A stretch of DNA of 64,000 nt from assembly GCA_050015475.1 (NCBI GenBank), contig JBEKBI010000003.1, positions 32,109-96,108 of the forward strand. Reading direction: 5' to 3'. A program made the position numbers and the translations under genes. Shown here piece after piece: positions 18,924-27,522 of this stretch (position 1 is its first letter; each line of letters starts with the position of its first letter). The stretch comes from Acidimicrobiales bacterium (lineage in GTDB: Bacteria; Actinomycetota; Acidimicrobiia; Acidimicrobiales; Bog-793). Below the pieces are notes generated by a model, which saw nothing but the letters and a program-made list of their open reading frames with translations, had not been told where the DNA came from and did not search any database.

Positions 18924-21140
18924 TCAGGCGGAGGCGACCGAGTGGGGGGCCGACTCCTTGCGGAACTTCCTCCTCGCGGCCTCGGCGTCCCCCGTCGGGG
19001 CATGGTGCTCCAGCCAAATCGTGAATTCCTCGGCGGGCATCGGCCGGTCCAGGTAGTAGCCCTGGGCGACGTCGCAGCCGAGCTGGGAGAGACGCTCCAT
19101 AACGGCTCGGGTCTCGACCCCCTCGGCCACCACTGTCATCCCGAGCCCGTGCGCGAGCTCGATCGCCGAGCGAACGATGATCTCGTCCTCCTCGTGAACG
19201 GCCATGCCGGAGACGAACGGGCGGTCGATCTTGATCTCGTCGATCGGGAGTCGCCTCAAGCGCGGGATGGAGAACTGTCCGGCTCCGAAATCGTCGACGG
19301 AAAGGCGCAGTCCCATCGCTCCGAGTCGCTCCATCACGTCGTCGGTCCGCTTCGGGTCGTCCCCGGCGGTGCTCTCTGTCATCTCGAGCTTGAGCATCGT
19401 GGCCGGCATCCTCCACTTGCCGAGCACCGCCGCCACTTCACCCGGGAAACCAGGATCGGCGAGGTCGCGCATGCAAAGGTTGACCGCTATCGGGACGCGC
19501 CAGCCGCCGTCGGCCCATTCGCGCCACTGGCGGCCCGCCTCGTGGACGACGTGCAGGGTCAGCTCCCTGATGAGGCTCGTCTCTTGCGCGACAGGAATGA
19601 AATCGGCCGGCAGCAACAAACCCCGGCCGGGATGGTCCCACCGAACGAGCGCTTCGACGGCAACGATCCCGCTGGCTTTGACCGCGATCTCGGGCTGGTA
19701 ATGAAGGACGAGCTCCTGATCCCCGATCCCCCGTCTCAGCTCGCCAACCAGGTCAAGGCGTCCGGCAGCTCGCATGTCGACCGAGACGTCATAAAAGGCG
19801 TGTCCGAGACGGCTGTCCTTCGCGACGTGCATGGCGGTGTCTGCGCATCTGAGAAGTGAGTCGGCATCGGCACCGTCCCGGGGATACACGGATACGCCGA
19901 GGCTCGCCTCGAAGCTCATTGGCAGTCCCTCGAGATCGATCGGCTGGTCGATGGCCGCGCGGACCCTCCGGATCACTTCCACTACGTGCCGGCGATGTGC
20001 CTCAGGCACCATCACGGCGAACACGTCGCCGCCGAGGCGGGCTACCGAGTCGCTCTCGCGGACGACCCGCTGCAGACGTCGCCCGACCTCCTCCAACAGC
20101 CGATCGCCGGTGGCGTGGCCAAGCGTGTCATTGAACGGCTTGAACCGGTCCAGGTCGATCACGACCACAGCCAGTTCGCTGCCATCCTGTTGCGCGTCGA
20201 GGATCGCCTCGAAAACCCTCCTCGAGAACAGGACACGGTTCGGCAACCCAGTGAGCGAGTCGTGAAGATCCTGCGCGAGCAGTTGCTTCTGCACCAACGC
20301 TCGCGACTTCTCCGCCGCCTTGGGCCGTGTGATGTCGAGGACCACCCCCGCCGCGCCTCGTGTCGCTCCGTCAGGCCCGCACGTGGCCCGGCCGTGCTCG
20401 GCCACCCAGCGCGTCTCGCCGTTGGCATGGAGGACCCGGTACTCGAGCGAGTAGGTCGATCCCCGCTCGAGCGCCGCGCTCACCTCCTGTCGCACCTGCG
20501 CCAGGTCGTCGGGATGGACGATGGAGTCGTAACTGTGGGCCTTGTTGTCGATGAAATCGCTTGCCGGATACCCGACGAGTTCCTCGATCTGGTCGCTCAT
20601 GTACTGGACGGTCCAGGTTTCGTCGCAGGAGTAGCGATACACGACGCCAGGGATGTCGTCTATGAGCGAACGGATCCTGTCGTCGGCCTCGTTCGCGCCG
20701 CCCGCGGCCTTGCTCCGCGGTGTGATGTCCAGGCAATGGCCCGAAAGCGTGGTCTTGCCGAAGAGGTCGACGACGGGCACGCCCTTGTCGTAGATCCAAA
20801 GGACGGTCCCATCCTGGGCCACCATCCGGTACTCGCTCACGTATGGCTCGCCGCTCGCGGCCGCGTCCCAGTGCTCGGTTATCACTCGCTCCCTGTCGTC
20901 AGGGTGCAAGAGCCTCGCAAAAAGAGCCGAGTCGTTGGCGGCACTGCCGGGCGCGATCCCGAACACGGCTGCGCTGCGGACGCTGAGATCGTTCACAAGC
21001 ACCGGGCTCCCAGGAGTGGCCCGGTAGGAGAGCACGAAGAACTGCTCGAAGACTGACCAGGCTTCGATCGCATCGTTGACCGCCGCCAACCTCGCGGTCG
21101 GCGGCTTGGACGGGGGGCCGGACGCCATCGGACTACGCAA
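18924..21140 (-). CDS. PAS-PAS-GGDEF(degenerate GGDVF)-EAL signalling protein
   Basis: 738 aa. Two PAS modules ('HPDDRERV...EYRMVAQDGTVLW', 'HPDDLAQV...EYRVLHANGETRW'). 'RLGGDVFAVMV' replaces GGDEF. EAL motifs intact ('EALVRW', 'EMTES', 'DDFGAG', 'KIDR', 'EGVE', 'QGY'). Confidence 0.9.
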   Translation of the reverse strand: MRSPMASGPPSKPPTARLAAVNDAIEAWSVFEQFFVLSYRATPGSPVLVNDLSVRSAAVFGIAPGSAANDSALFARLLHPDDRERVITEHWDAAASGEPYVSEYRMVAQDGTVLWIYDKGVPVVDLFGKTTLSGHCLDITPRSKAAGGANEADDRIRSLIDDIPGVVYRYSCDETWTVQYMSDQIEELVGYPASDFIDNKAHSYDSIVHPDDLAQVRQEVSAALERGSTYSLEYRVLHANGETRWVAEHGRATCGPDGATRGAAGVVLDITRPKAAEKSRALVQKQLLAQDLHDSLTGLPNRVLFSRRVFEAILDAQQDGSELAVVVIDLDRFKPFNDTLGHATGDRLLEEVGRRLQRVVRESDSVARLGGDVFAVMVPEAHRRHVVEVIRRVRAAIDQPIDLEGLPMSFEASLGVSVYPRDGADADSLLRCADTAMHVAKDSRLGHAFYDVSVDMRAAGRLDLVGELRRGIGDQELVLHYQPEIAVKASGIVAVEALVRWDHPGRGLLLPADFIPVAQETSLIRELTLHVVHEAGRQWREWADGGWRVPIAVNLCMRDLADPGFPGEVAAVLGKWRMPATMLKLEMTESTAGDDPKRTDDVMERLGAMGLRLSVDDFGAGQFSIPRLRRLPIDEIKIDRPFVSGMAVHEEDEIIVRSAIELAHGLGMTVVAEGVETRAVMERLSQLGCDVAQGYYLDRPMPAEEFTIWLEHHAPTGDAEAARRKFRKESAPHSVASA

Positions 21141-21455
21141 TCTCCGCCATCACGAATGTAAACATCGACTCAACCGGGATGAGACTTGAGAACAATCCCA
21201 GGTCAGGAGCGTCGAGGGTTGCCCGCCGCGCTCCCAGAGCGACGGTCTTGGCCCGCGGCGTGGAGGCAGCCGGCGGCGCGGCCTCATGCCTGATCGCCTC
21301 CGCGCCGGCATCCCCAGTCTCAACTTGGCACCACATCCAACGGTCCCCTCGCAGCCGTTCGGTTAATCGGTCGCAGCCCGTCCCGCGCCTAGTCCCTCAC
21401 GCCGGTCTCCGCTGCAAGAACTGTCTCACCCACGCACCGGGTCTGCACTCCGAAA

Positions 21456-22040
21456 TCACAGATAAGGAGTGCGCTCCCCCTCGCCCACCACCGGACCGGC
21501 GTCCTGCCCCACGCGAGGGCCTCGTGTGGGCCCGACGCCCCGCATCTGTTCCAGCTGTCGCTGCGTCGCCACCTGTTGGACGAACAACGTCGCCTGAATG
21601 CCCTGGAAGAGCCCTGCGAGCCAGCCCACGAGCTGCCCCTGGGCCACGCGCAGCTCGGCGTCGCTTGGGGGACCGTCGTCGAATGGGATGGCGAGGCGAT
21701 CGAGCTCGGCCGCAAGTTCCGGCGAGAGAGCGCCCTCGAGCTGTCGAATCGACTCGTGGTAGATCTCCTTCATGCGGGAGCGGCTCGCCTCGTCCAGAGG
21801 TGCCAACCGGACTTCGTCGAGAAGCTGCTTGGCCATCGAGGCGATCCGCATGAGCTTCGCCGGCTGGGCGACGACCTCCTCGTCCTCCAGATCGCTCGGC
21901 TGGGCGATTTCGACTGGCACAAGGACTTGCGCCCCGGGTTCCCCGCCGGTGGGGGGAGTTGGAGAAGCGGGGGCTGGCGGGTCTGTGTTCATGAGAGGAT
22001 TCTGCCCCATGCCGGTGCCCGCGCGCGAGCGTGGCCCCAA
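21456..22040 (-). CDS. bpa: Bacterial proteasome activator (Bpa/PafE family, DUF2587)
   Basis: 'VAQPAKLMRIASMAKQLLDEVRLAPLDEASRSRMKEIYHESIRQLEGALSPELAAELDRLAIPF..PSDAELRVAQGQLVGWLAGLFQGIQATLFVQQ' is colinear with M. tuberculosis Bpa as recalled. C-terminus ...TPYL versus GQYL. Start uncertain (TTG 22040, ATG 22010 or ATG 21992). Confidence 0.85.
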   Translation of the reverse strand: MGPRSRAGTGMGQNPLMNTDPPAPASPTPPTGGEPGAQVLVPVEIAQPSDLEDEEVVAQPAKLMRIASMAKQLLDEVRLAPLDEASRSRMKEIYHESIRQLEGALSPELAAELDRLAIPFDDGPPSDAELRVAQGQLVGWLAGLFQGIQATLFVQQVATQRQLEQMRGVGPTRGPRVGQDAGPVVGEGERTPYL

Positions 22041-22067
22041 GCCGCCCGGTCCTCGAGCCCTGCCGCC

Positions 22068-24086
22068 TCAGCGCCAAAGGTGGTCGAGATCGACCGTGAT
22101 CGTCGAGTGCGCGCCTAGTACGCCCGCGGCGCACTGCCGCACGGGCGTCACCTCCTGGATGTCGAGCGCGGAGAGCACGTCTTGGGAAAGGAACCGACTC
22201 GCGGGAGCGAGGCAGTGGCGGTCGTTGTGGGCGCGGCGGTGCACCGGCATCCGAAGAGGCGTGTAGAGCGTCAGCCGATCCCTGGCTCTGGTGGTGGCGA
22301 CGTAGAAGAGCCGCCGCTCCTCGGCGAGCCCGGCGGCATTCGTCAGCGCCATGTCAGATGGGAAAGCACCGTCGACGAGATGGGGAAGATGTACCGCCGA
22401 CCACTCCAGCCCTTTGGCCGAGTGGACTGTCGAGATGACGACGTAGTCCTCATCGAGATGGGGCGGTCCGGCGAGGTCACCCGATGCCACCGGCGGGTCA
22501 AGTGTGATCTCGGCCAGCCACGCGGAAAGATCGTCCATAGCGGAAGCCGCGGAACACAACCGATCGAGGTCCTCGACCCTGGCCGGCCCTTCGCTGTAAC
22601 GGGCCAGGACCAACGGACTCAGCAGCTTGAGAACCCCGGTCACGCGGGCCGACGTGCCGATCATCTCCCTCGCGTTGTCGAGCGCTTCCAGGGTCTTCGC
22701 GAGCGCTACGCGCGAACGGGCCGGCGCGGCCGCCACAGCCTCCGCCCACTCGACCGGGCGCGAACCCACTCGGGGCGCCAGTAGACCCAGCAGGGAACGG
22801 CCCCGGGCGGGGCCGATGCCCTCATGCATTCGCAATAGTCGGAACCACGCCAATTCGTCGGCTGGGTTGTCGAGCAGCCGAACCGCGGCGGCGAAGTCCT
22901 TCACGTGCGCTGCTTCCACAAACCTCAGACCCCCGTACTTGCGATACGGGACGCGGCGCGCGGTGAGCTCGAGCTCGATCAGGTCGCTGTGGTAGGCGGC
23001 GCGGACCAGTACCGCCTGGTCCCTCAGGCGCATCCCTTGATCATGGGCGTCGAGGATCCGGTCGACGACGGCTCGGGCCTCGCTCGGCGCGTCGTGGCAC
23101 CGCACCAGCACCGGCCGGCACCCGCCCGGCCGCACGCCGTTCAGGGTCAGGGCGACCCCGGACTGTGCCGGTCTGGCGAGATTCGCCAGGTTCAAGATCG
23201 GCTGCAGCGACCTGAAATTCCGTTCGAGCGGAATCACGGTCGCTCCCGGCAACGAGGTCGCCAGCTCATGGAGGTACCGCGAGTCGGCGCCGCGGAACCC
23301 GTAGATCGCTTGCGCGTCATCACCCACGACCGTCAGGCCGTTCCCGTCCGGCCGAAGTGCTCGCACAATCTCGACCTGCAGCGCGTTCACATCCTGGTAC
23401 TCGTCCACGAGCACGTAGTCGAACATCTCGACGATGCGCGGCCCCAGGTTCTCGTCCAAAAGTGCCGCCCGCCACAGGAGAAGCAGGTCGTCGAAGTCGA
23501 CCTGACCACGCGACCTCTTTCGAGACACATAAGCCTTGAAGAGTCGGGCGATCGCCTCTCCATGTGGCTCACACCAGGGAAAGTCGGTCGCCAGCACCTC
23601 GCCGAGGCGCTGCCGGGTGTTTATGCACCTCGAGTACACCTCCACCAACGTGGCGGACCGCGGGATGCGCACCTCTCCTGCCGTAAGGCCGCTCTCGTCC
23701 CGCAGAAGATCCATCACGTCGGCGGCATCGGCCGGGTCCAGCAGCGAGAAACCGGGCTGCAGCCCCAAGGGTTCCGCGTAGGCGCTGATCAGCTGGTGCG
23801 CCACCGCATGGAAAGTGCCTCCCCTGAGTCGGCGCCCGCACTCACGATGGCCGCTCAGGGCAGCTGCCCGGCCGAGCATGTCGTCAGCCGCGCGCCGCGT
23901 GAATGTCAACAGCAGGATCCTCTCCGGGGGCACACCGCGCTCCAAAAGGCAGGCGACACGGGCCGTGAGCGTGCGGGTCTTGCCGGTGCCGGCTCCGGCG
24001 ACGATCACCAGCGGGCCGTCCCCATGCACGACGGCGGCAAGCTGACCCTCGTCGAGATCGGCGTCCCAGGCAGCCTCATCGTACAT
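22068..24086 (-). CDS. UvrD/PcrA/Rep-family ATP-dependent DNA helicase
   Basis: 672 aa. 'AGAGTGKT', 'LVDEYQDVN', 'VGDDAQAIYGFRGA', 'LERNFRS', 'TVHSAKGLEW', 'RRLFYVATTRARDRL'. Confidence 0.92.
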   Translation of the reverse strand: MYDEAAWDADLDEGQLAAVVHGDGPLVIVAGAGTGKTRTLTARVACLLERGVPPERILLLTFTRRAADDMLGRAAALSGHRECGRRLRGGTFHAVAHQLISAYAEPLGLQPGFSLLDPADAADVMDLLRDESGLTAGEVRIPRSATLVEVYSRCINTRQRLGEVLATDFPWCEPHGEAIARLFKAYVSRKRSRGQVDFDDLLLLWRAALLDENLGPRIVEMFDYVLVDEYQDVNALQVEIVRALRPDGNGLTVVGDDAQAIYGFRGADSRYLHELATSLPGATVIPLERNFRSLQPILNLANLARPAQSGVALTLNGVRPGGCRPVLVRCHDAPSEARAVVDRILDAHDQGMRLRDQAVLVRAAYHSDLIELELTARRVPYRKYGGLRFVEAAHVKDFAAAVRLLDNPADELAWFRLLRMHEGIGPARGRSLLGLLAPRVGSRPVEWAEAVAAAPARSRVALAKTLEALDNAREMIGTSARVTGVLKLLSPLVLARYSEGPARVEDLDRLCSAASAMDDLSAWLAEITLDPPVASGDLAGPPHLDEDYVVISTVHSAKGLEWSAVHLPHLVDGAFPSDMALTNAAGLAEERRLFYVATTRARDRLTLYTPLRMPVHRRAHNDRHCLAPASRFLSQDVLSALDIQEVTPVRQCAAGVLGAHSTITVDLDHLWR

Positions 24087-24132
24087 ATGTTCGAGCCTAT
24101 CGCTCAGCTGCTTCTGGGTCGAGAACCACCAT

Positions 24133-26994
24133 TTGACCTGTCCAGGCCACTACCGTCAGGTCAGTGAAATACAAGTACTCAAGAATTTCCTCAACAAGTC
24201 GATAATCGTTCCCGTGTCCTCGCAAGGCAGCACTGAGGAGCGCGCCTCAGAGCCTGTAATCAATGCCGCCCCTGGTGCGGCAGAGACAAACCGGCTCCCC
24301 GCTGCTCCGAGCGCTGATTGCACCCCCGTTGGGACTGACCAGCCGCCACCCCAAAGCAAGACCTCGAGCATCGCCGCCACGGTCGGCTGCCTCATCTTCA
24401 CCGCGGCTCTGGCGGCGGGCGCCACTGTCCTGCTCACCTGGGGACCCATCGCCGGATTCGGTCCGGTGAGGAGCCTGGTCCCCCAGCCTCTCGTCGCCGG
24501 ACTGCTGACGATCACGTTCGCGGCGGTCCTGCTCGGGCCTGTCACTGTCCATTACCGAGGCCAGACGTACCTCTTCGCTCTGAGCGAAGTGCCCCTTCTC
24601 CTGGGTCTCGTGATAGCGAGCCCCTTGGTGCTTGTCATATGCCGGGTGATCGGAGAGGCGACGGCACTCGGCGCCGTCAGGCGACAATCTCCCCTGAAGC
24701 TCGCCTTCAACCTGGCGGCGGGTGCGATGTCGTCGGTGGTGGCGATCATCGCCTACCGCGAGCTTCTCGACCGGTTCATCGTCACCGGCGGCGCCCGCGT
24801 GGCCGTCCTTCCCATCGGTTGGGCGGCCGGCGCCCTGGCACTGATAGCGGCTTTCGTGTTCAGCCACTTCGCGGTCTACATCGTCGTTAGCCTGCAACGG
24901 CACTCCCTGCGGACCAAATACGGGTTCGAGTTCACCACCGTCACACTGATGCTCGTCTCGAGCGTCGCCCTCGCCCTGGTGGTCCTCGACGCCGCCTGGT
25001 GGGACACCTGGGCGATGCTCCCGCTCGTGACAGTCGGCGCCCTCATCGTCTTCGCCTACCGGTCCTACGTGCGCCTGACGAACCGCTTCGGCGCCCTCCA
25101 ACAGCTGTACGACTTCTCGAGCTCCATGAGCGGCACCTATCTCGAGACCACCGGAACCGCCTGGGCGGTGCTGGAGCAGGTGCAGTCGGTAATGAGATCG
25201 AGTCGGGCAGAGCTCGTCATCGTCGACGAGTGGCCCGCGGTTAGACACTTCGCGTTGCACGACGAATCCCGTTCGACGACCGAGGAGACGATGGCCGACG
25301 ACTCCTCGATGATCTCCAACGCCATCGTCAAACAGCAGTCGTCCCTGCAGTCCGGCCCGACTCCAAGTCACAAGCGGGACTCGGAGACTGATCGGCTGTT
25401 GTGGGACGTCCGTGGCGCCGTCGCGGTGCCGCTCATCAGCGGAGAACGGACGCTCGGGGCGCTGGTCGCTATCGACCGCGACGAAGGATTCGACCCCTTC
25501 GATGACGACGACATGCGTCTGTTCGAGGCACTGGCCGCACACGCGAGCACCACCATCGAGCGGGCACAGCTGATCGAGGAACTCCGCCTCGAAGCCGAGA
25601 GCAAATGGCACCTCGCGACCCACGACTCGCTCACAGGGTTGCCCAACCGGACCCTCTTCCTCGACAACGCCGCGAGCGCGATCAACGAGACCAGCAAGGC
25701 GGCGGTGGCACTGCTCGATCTCGACCGGTTCAAGGAGATCAACGACACCCTGGGTCATGACACAGGCGACCGGCTGCTGTGCAAAGTTGCCGATTGCTTG
25801 GTGAAAGCAAGCAGCGGACGCGCCACGGTCGCCCGGCTCGGTGGAGATGAATTCGCCCTCGTCGTGCCAGACGTCACCGGACCCGAGGAGGCGACCGGCA
25901 TCGTGCGCGATCTGCTCGCGGCGATATCCAAGCCGATAGACGTCGACGGGATCACCCTCGTGGTCACGGCAACTGCAGGGCTCACCCTGGCGCCGGACCA
26001 CGGGGAGAACGTCGCCACGTTGCTGCAGCGGGCCGACATCGCCATGTACCACGCCAAACACAAGCATTCCGGCATCGAGCTCTACCTGCCCGAGCACGAC
26101 CAGAGCATGCAGCGCAAGCTCCTCCTCGGTGGCCACTTGGCGGAAGCTCTCGCCAGCGGCCAGCAATTGAGCGTCGTTTACCAGCCGATTTCCAGTCTCG
26201 CTTCCGGTGAAGTGTCATGTGTCGAGGCCTTGGTCCGCTGGTTCCACCCGGTCCACGGACAGGTCCCCGCCGACGAGTTCGTCACGATCGCCGAGCAGAT
26301 GGGCCTCGTCGGCCAGATCACCGACTTCGTCGTCGCCGAAGCCTGCAGACAAGCGGCCAGTTGGAGGCGCGACGGCTTCGACGTGGCGGTGGCGATCAAC
26401 ATCTCCGGCCGTGACCTGTCGAATCCGTCCTTGGTCAAAGACATCGCCCGGCATCTCGAGACGAGCGGGCTGCCAGCCAGTGCGCTGACACTCGAGATCA
26501 CCGAGACCGAGGTAATGGCCGACATCGACGAAGCTTGCGAGGTGCTTGGACAGCTCTCCAGGTTGGGGCTGCGAGTGGCTGTCGACGACTACGGCACCGG
26601 CTATTCGTCGCTCGCCTATCTCCATCGCCTGCCGGTGAACGAACTTAAGCTCGACCGCTCCTTCGTCTCGAACATCGCGACCGATCAGAGCAACTCGATA
26701 ATCGTCCGGTCCTCGATCGCCATGGCGCATTCGCTCGGGTTGACCATCGTCGCCGAAGGGGCCGAAGACGAGCTCACCTGTGCCATCCTCGCTGACGCCG
26801 GCTGCGACTCGGTCCAGGGTTACTACTTCTCGCCGCCGCTGGAGCTGGACGATCTGCTCCATTGGCTTGGCACGAACCCGCACCTGCGGTTCTCCCACGA
26901 GATCAACGCGTCAAGGGCCCTTCGCATCGTTCCCGGCCGCCCCGAGGACGTCCCGCCGGCTGACCGGGCAGACAACTCCCAGCTCAGGGGCTGA
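24133..26994 (+). CDS. Membrane sensor: polytopic N-terminal domain, GAF-like domain, GGDEF and EAL
   Basis: About 8 TM segments, then a GAF-like block ('AVAVPLISGERTLGALVAIDR...FDDDDMRLFEALAAHAS'). 'RLGGDEFALVV' is intact, as are the EAL motifs ('EALVRW','EITE','DDYGTG','KLDRS','EGAE','QGYY'). Start uncertain: the first about 80 nt are AT-richer and may be promoter; GTG at 24214 is an alternative. Confidence 0.88.
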   Translation: MTCPGHYRQVSEIQVLKNFLNKSIIVPVSSQGSTEERASEPVINAAPGAAETNRLPAAPSADCTPVGTDQPPPQSKTSSIAATVGCLIFTAALAAGATVLLTWGPIAGFGPVRSLVPQPLVAGLLTITFAAVLLGPVTVHYRGQTYLFALSEVPLLLGLVIASPLVLVICRVIGEATALGAVRRQSPLKLAFNLAAGAMSSVVAIIAYRELLDRFIVTGGARVAVLPIGWAAGALALIAAFVFSHFAVYIVVSLQRHSLRTKYGFEFTTVTLMLVSSVALALVVLDAAWWDTWAMLPLVTVGALIVFAYRSYVRLTNRFGALQQLYDFSSSMSGTYLETTGTAWAVLEQVQSVMRSSRAELVIVDEWPAVRHFALHDESRSTTEETMADDSSMISNAIVKQQSSLQSGPTPSHKRDSETDRLLWDVRGAVAVPLISGERTLGALVAIDRDEGFDPFDDDDMRLFEALAAHASTTIERAQLIEELRLEAESKWHLATHDSLTGLPNRTLFLDNAASAINETSKAAVALLDLDRFKEINDTLGHDTGDRLLCKVADCLVKASSGRATVARLGGDEFALVVPDVTGPEEATGIVRDLLAAISKPIDVDGITLVVTATAGLTLAPDHGENVATLLQRADIAMYHAKHKHSGIELYLPEHDQSMQRKLLLGGHLAEALASGQQLSVVYQPISSLASGEVSCVEALVRWFHPVHGQVPADEFVTIAEQMGLVGQITDFVVAEACRQAASWRRDGFDVAVAINISGRDLSNPSLVKDIARHLETSGLPASALTLEITETEVMADIDEACEVLGQLSRLGLRVAVDDYGTGYSSLAYLHRLPVNELKLDRSFVSNIATDQSNSIIVRSSIAMAHSLGLTIVAEGAEDELTCAILADAGCDSVQGYYFSPPLELDDLLHWLGTNPHLRFSHEINASRALRIVPGRPEDVPPADRADNSQLRG

Positions 26995-27097
26995 TTCCAC
27001 TTCCTCTTTGGGGCCGCACTACTGTCAGCGGGAAGCTGAGAACCTTGGCGCCGCGACCCCACTCCGGCCGCCGATTCCGGGACCGTCCGCCTAACCG

Positions 27098-27125
27098 TTG
27101 ACAACGTGGTTGGTGTGACTATTGT
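27098..27125 (+). promoter_or_regulatory. Sigma-70/SigA-like promoter candidate (TTGACA, 16 nt, TATTGT)
   Basis: ttgaca acgtggttggtgtgac tattgt, read directly. Lies in a locally AT-richer intergenic patch upstream of the MFS gene at 27523. Confidence 0.4.
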
Positions 27126-27131
27126 GCAGTC

Positions 27132-27410
27132 GCGCCTTGAACTGGGATGATGACAGAAACCGGGGGATTTGAGGGCACCGGTGGCTCGGTTTGTCGCCCT
27201 CGTATCCCCCGACCATGGTCCCCTGCTTGGAAGGGAGGTGGTCGAATTGGTCAGCTATGGACCCGTCTGGGGTTAAGTCATCCGACTTAGTCCTGATGAA
27301 TCCAAACTGGAGTCGTCGTTGCTTTGAGGTTGCGGCGACTCTTCCCATTTCTTATCGGAACGGCAGGCGGAATCCTTTAGCAGTCCGAGATCTCCGCCTG
27401 CCGTTTTCCG
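27132..27410 (+). ncRNA. Candidate structured 5' leader (riboswitch/attenuator-like) or small RNA, class not recognised
   Basis: Four consecutive hand-found helices. (1) GGGGGA..GAGGGC..GCCCUC..UCCCCC, 27162-27210. (2) UAAGUC-AUCC-GACUUA, about 27264-27279. (3) GAGUCGUCG..CGGCGACUC, about 27311-27342. (4) A 13-bp terminator stem. No convincing CDS on either strand. Confidence 0.35.
27359..27409 (+). terminator. Intrinsic-terminator-like hairpin (13-bp perfect stem aacggcaggcgga / tccgcctgccgtt, then a T-run)
   Basis: Perfect inverted repeat 27359-27371 / 27393-27405 followed by tt(cc). Located 115 nt upstream of the MFS start codon. Confidence 0.5.
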
Positions 27411-27522
27411 CGCCACTCGCGAGGAAGCGGCCGGCCTTCCATCGGCCCAGGCTGCGCGGCCTCAAAGTGGGCTCGGGTTGGCAAATGCCCGCGGAGCCGT
27501 GAAACGCGCGCCATGATTCACT

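Noticed and set aside
24247-26166. 639-aa minus-strand ORF opposite the TM-GAF-GGDEF-EAL gene
   Set aside because: No motifs, and a composition typical of antisense frames, whereas the plus-strand frame carries intact GGDEF/EAL signatures.
27091-27348. 85-aa minus-strand ORF (and the 103-aa plus-strand ORF 27191-27502) in the low-GC gap
   Set aside because: Third-position GC is clearly below that of the surrounding genes. There is no SD and no family resemblance. The region is better explained as a structured RNA leader. I cannot fully exclude a horizontally acquired mini-gene.
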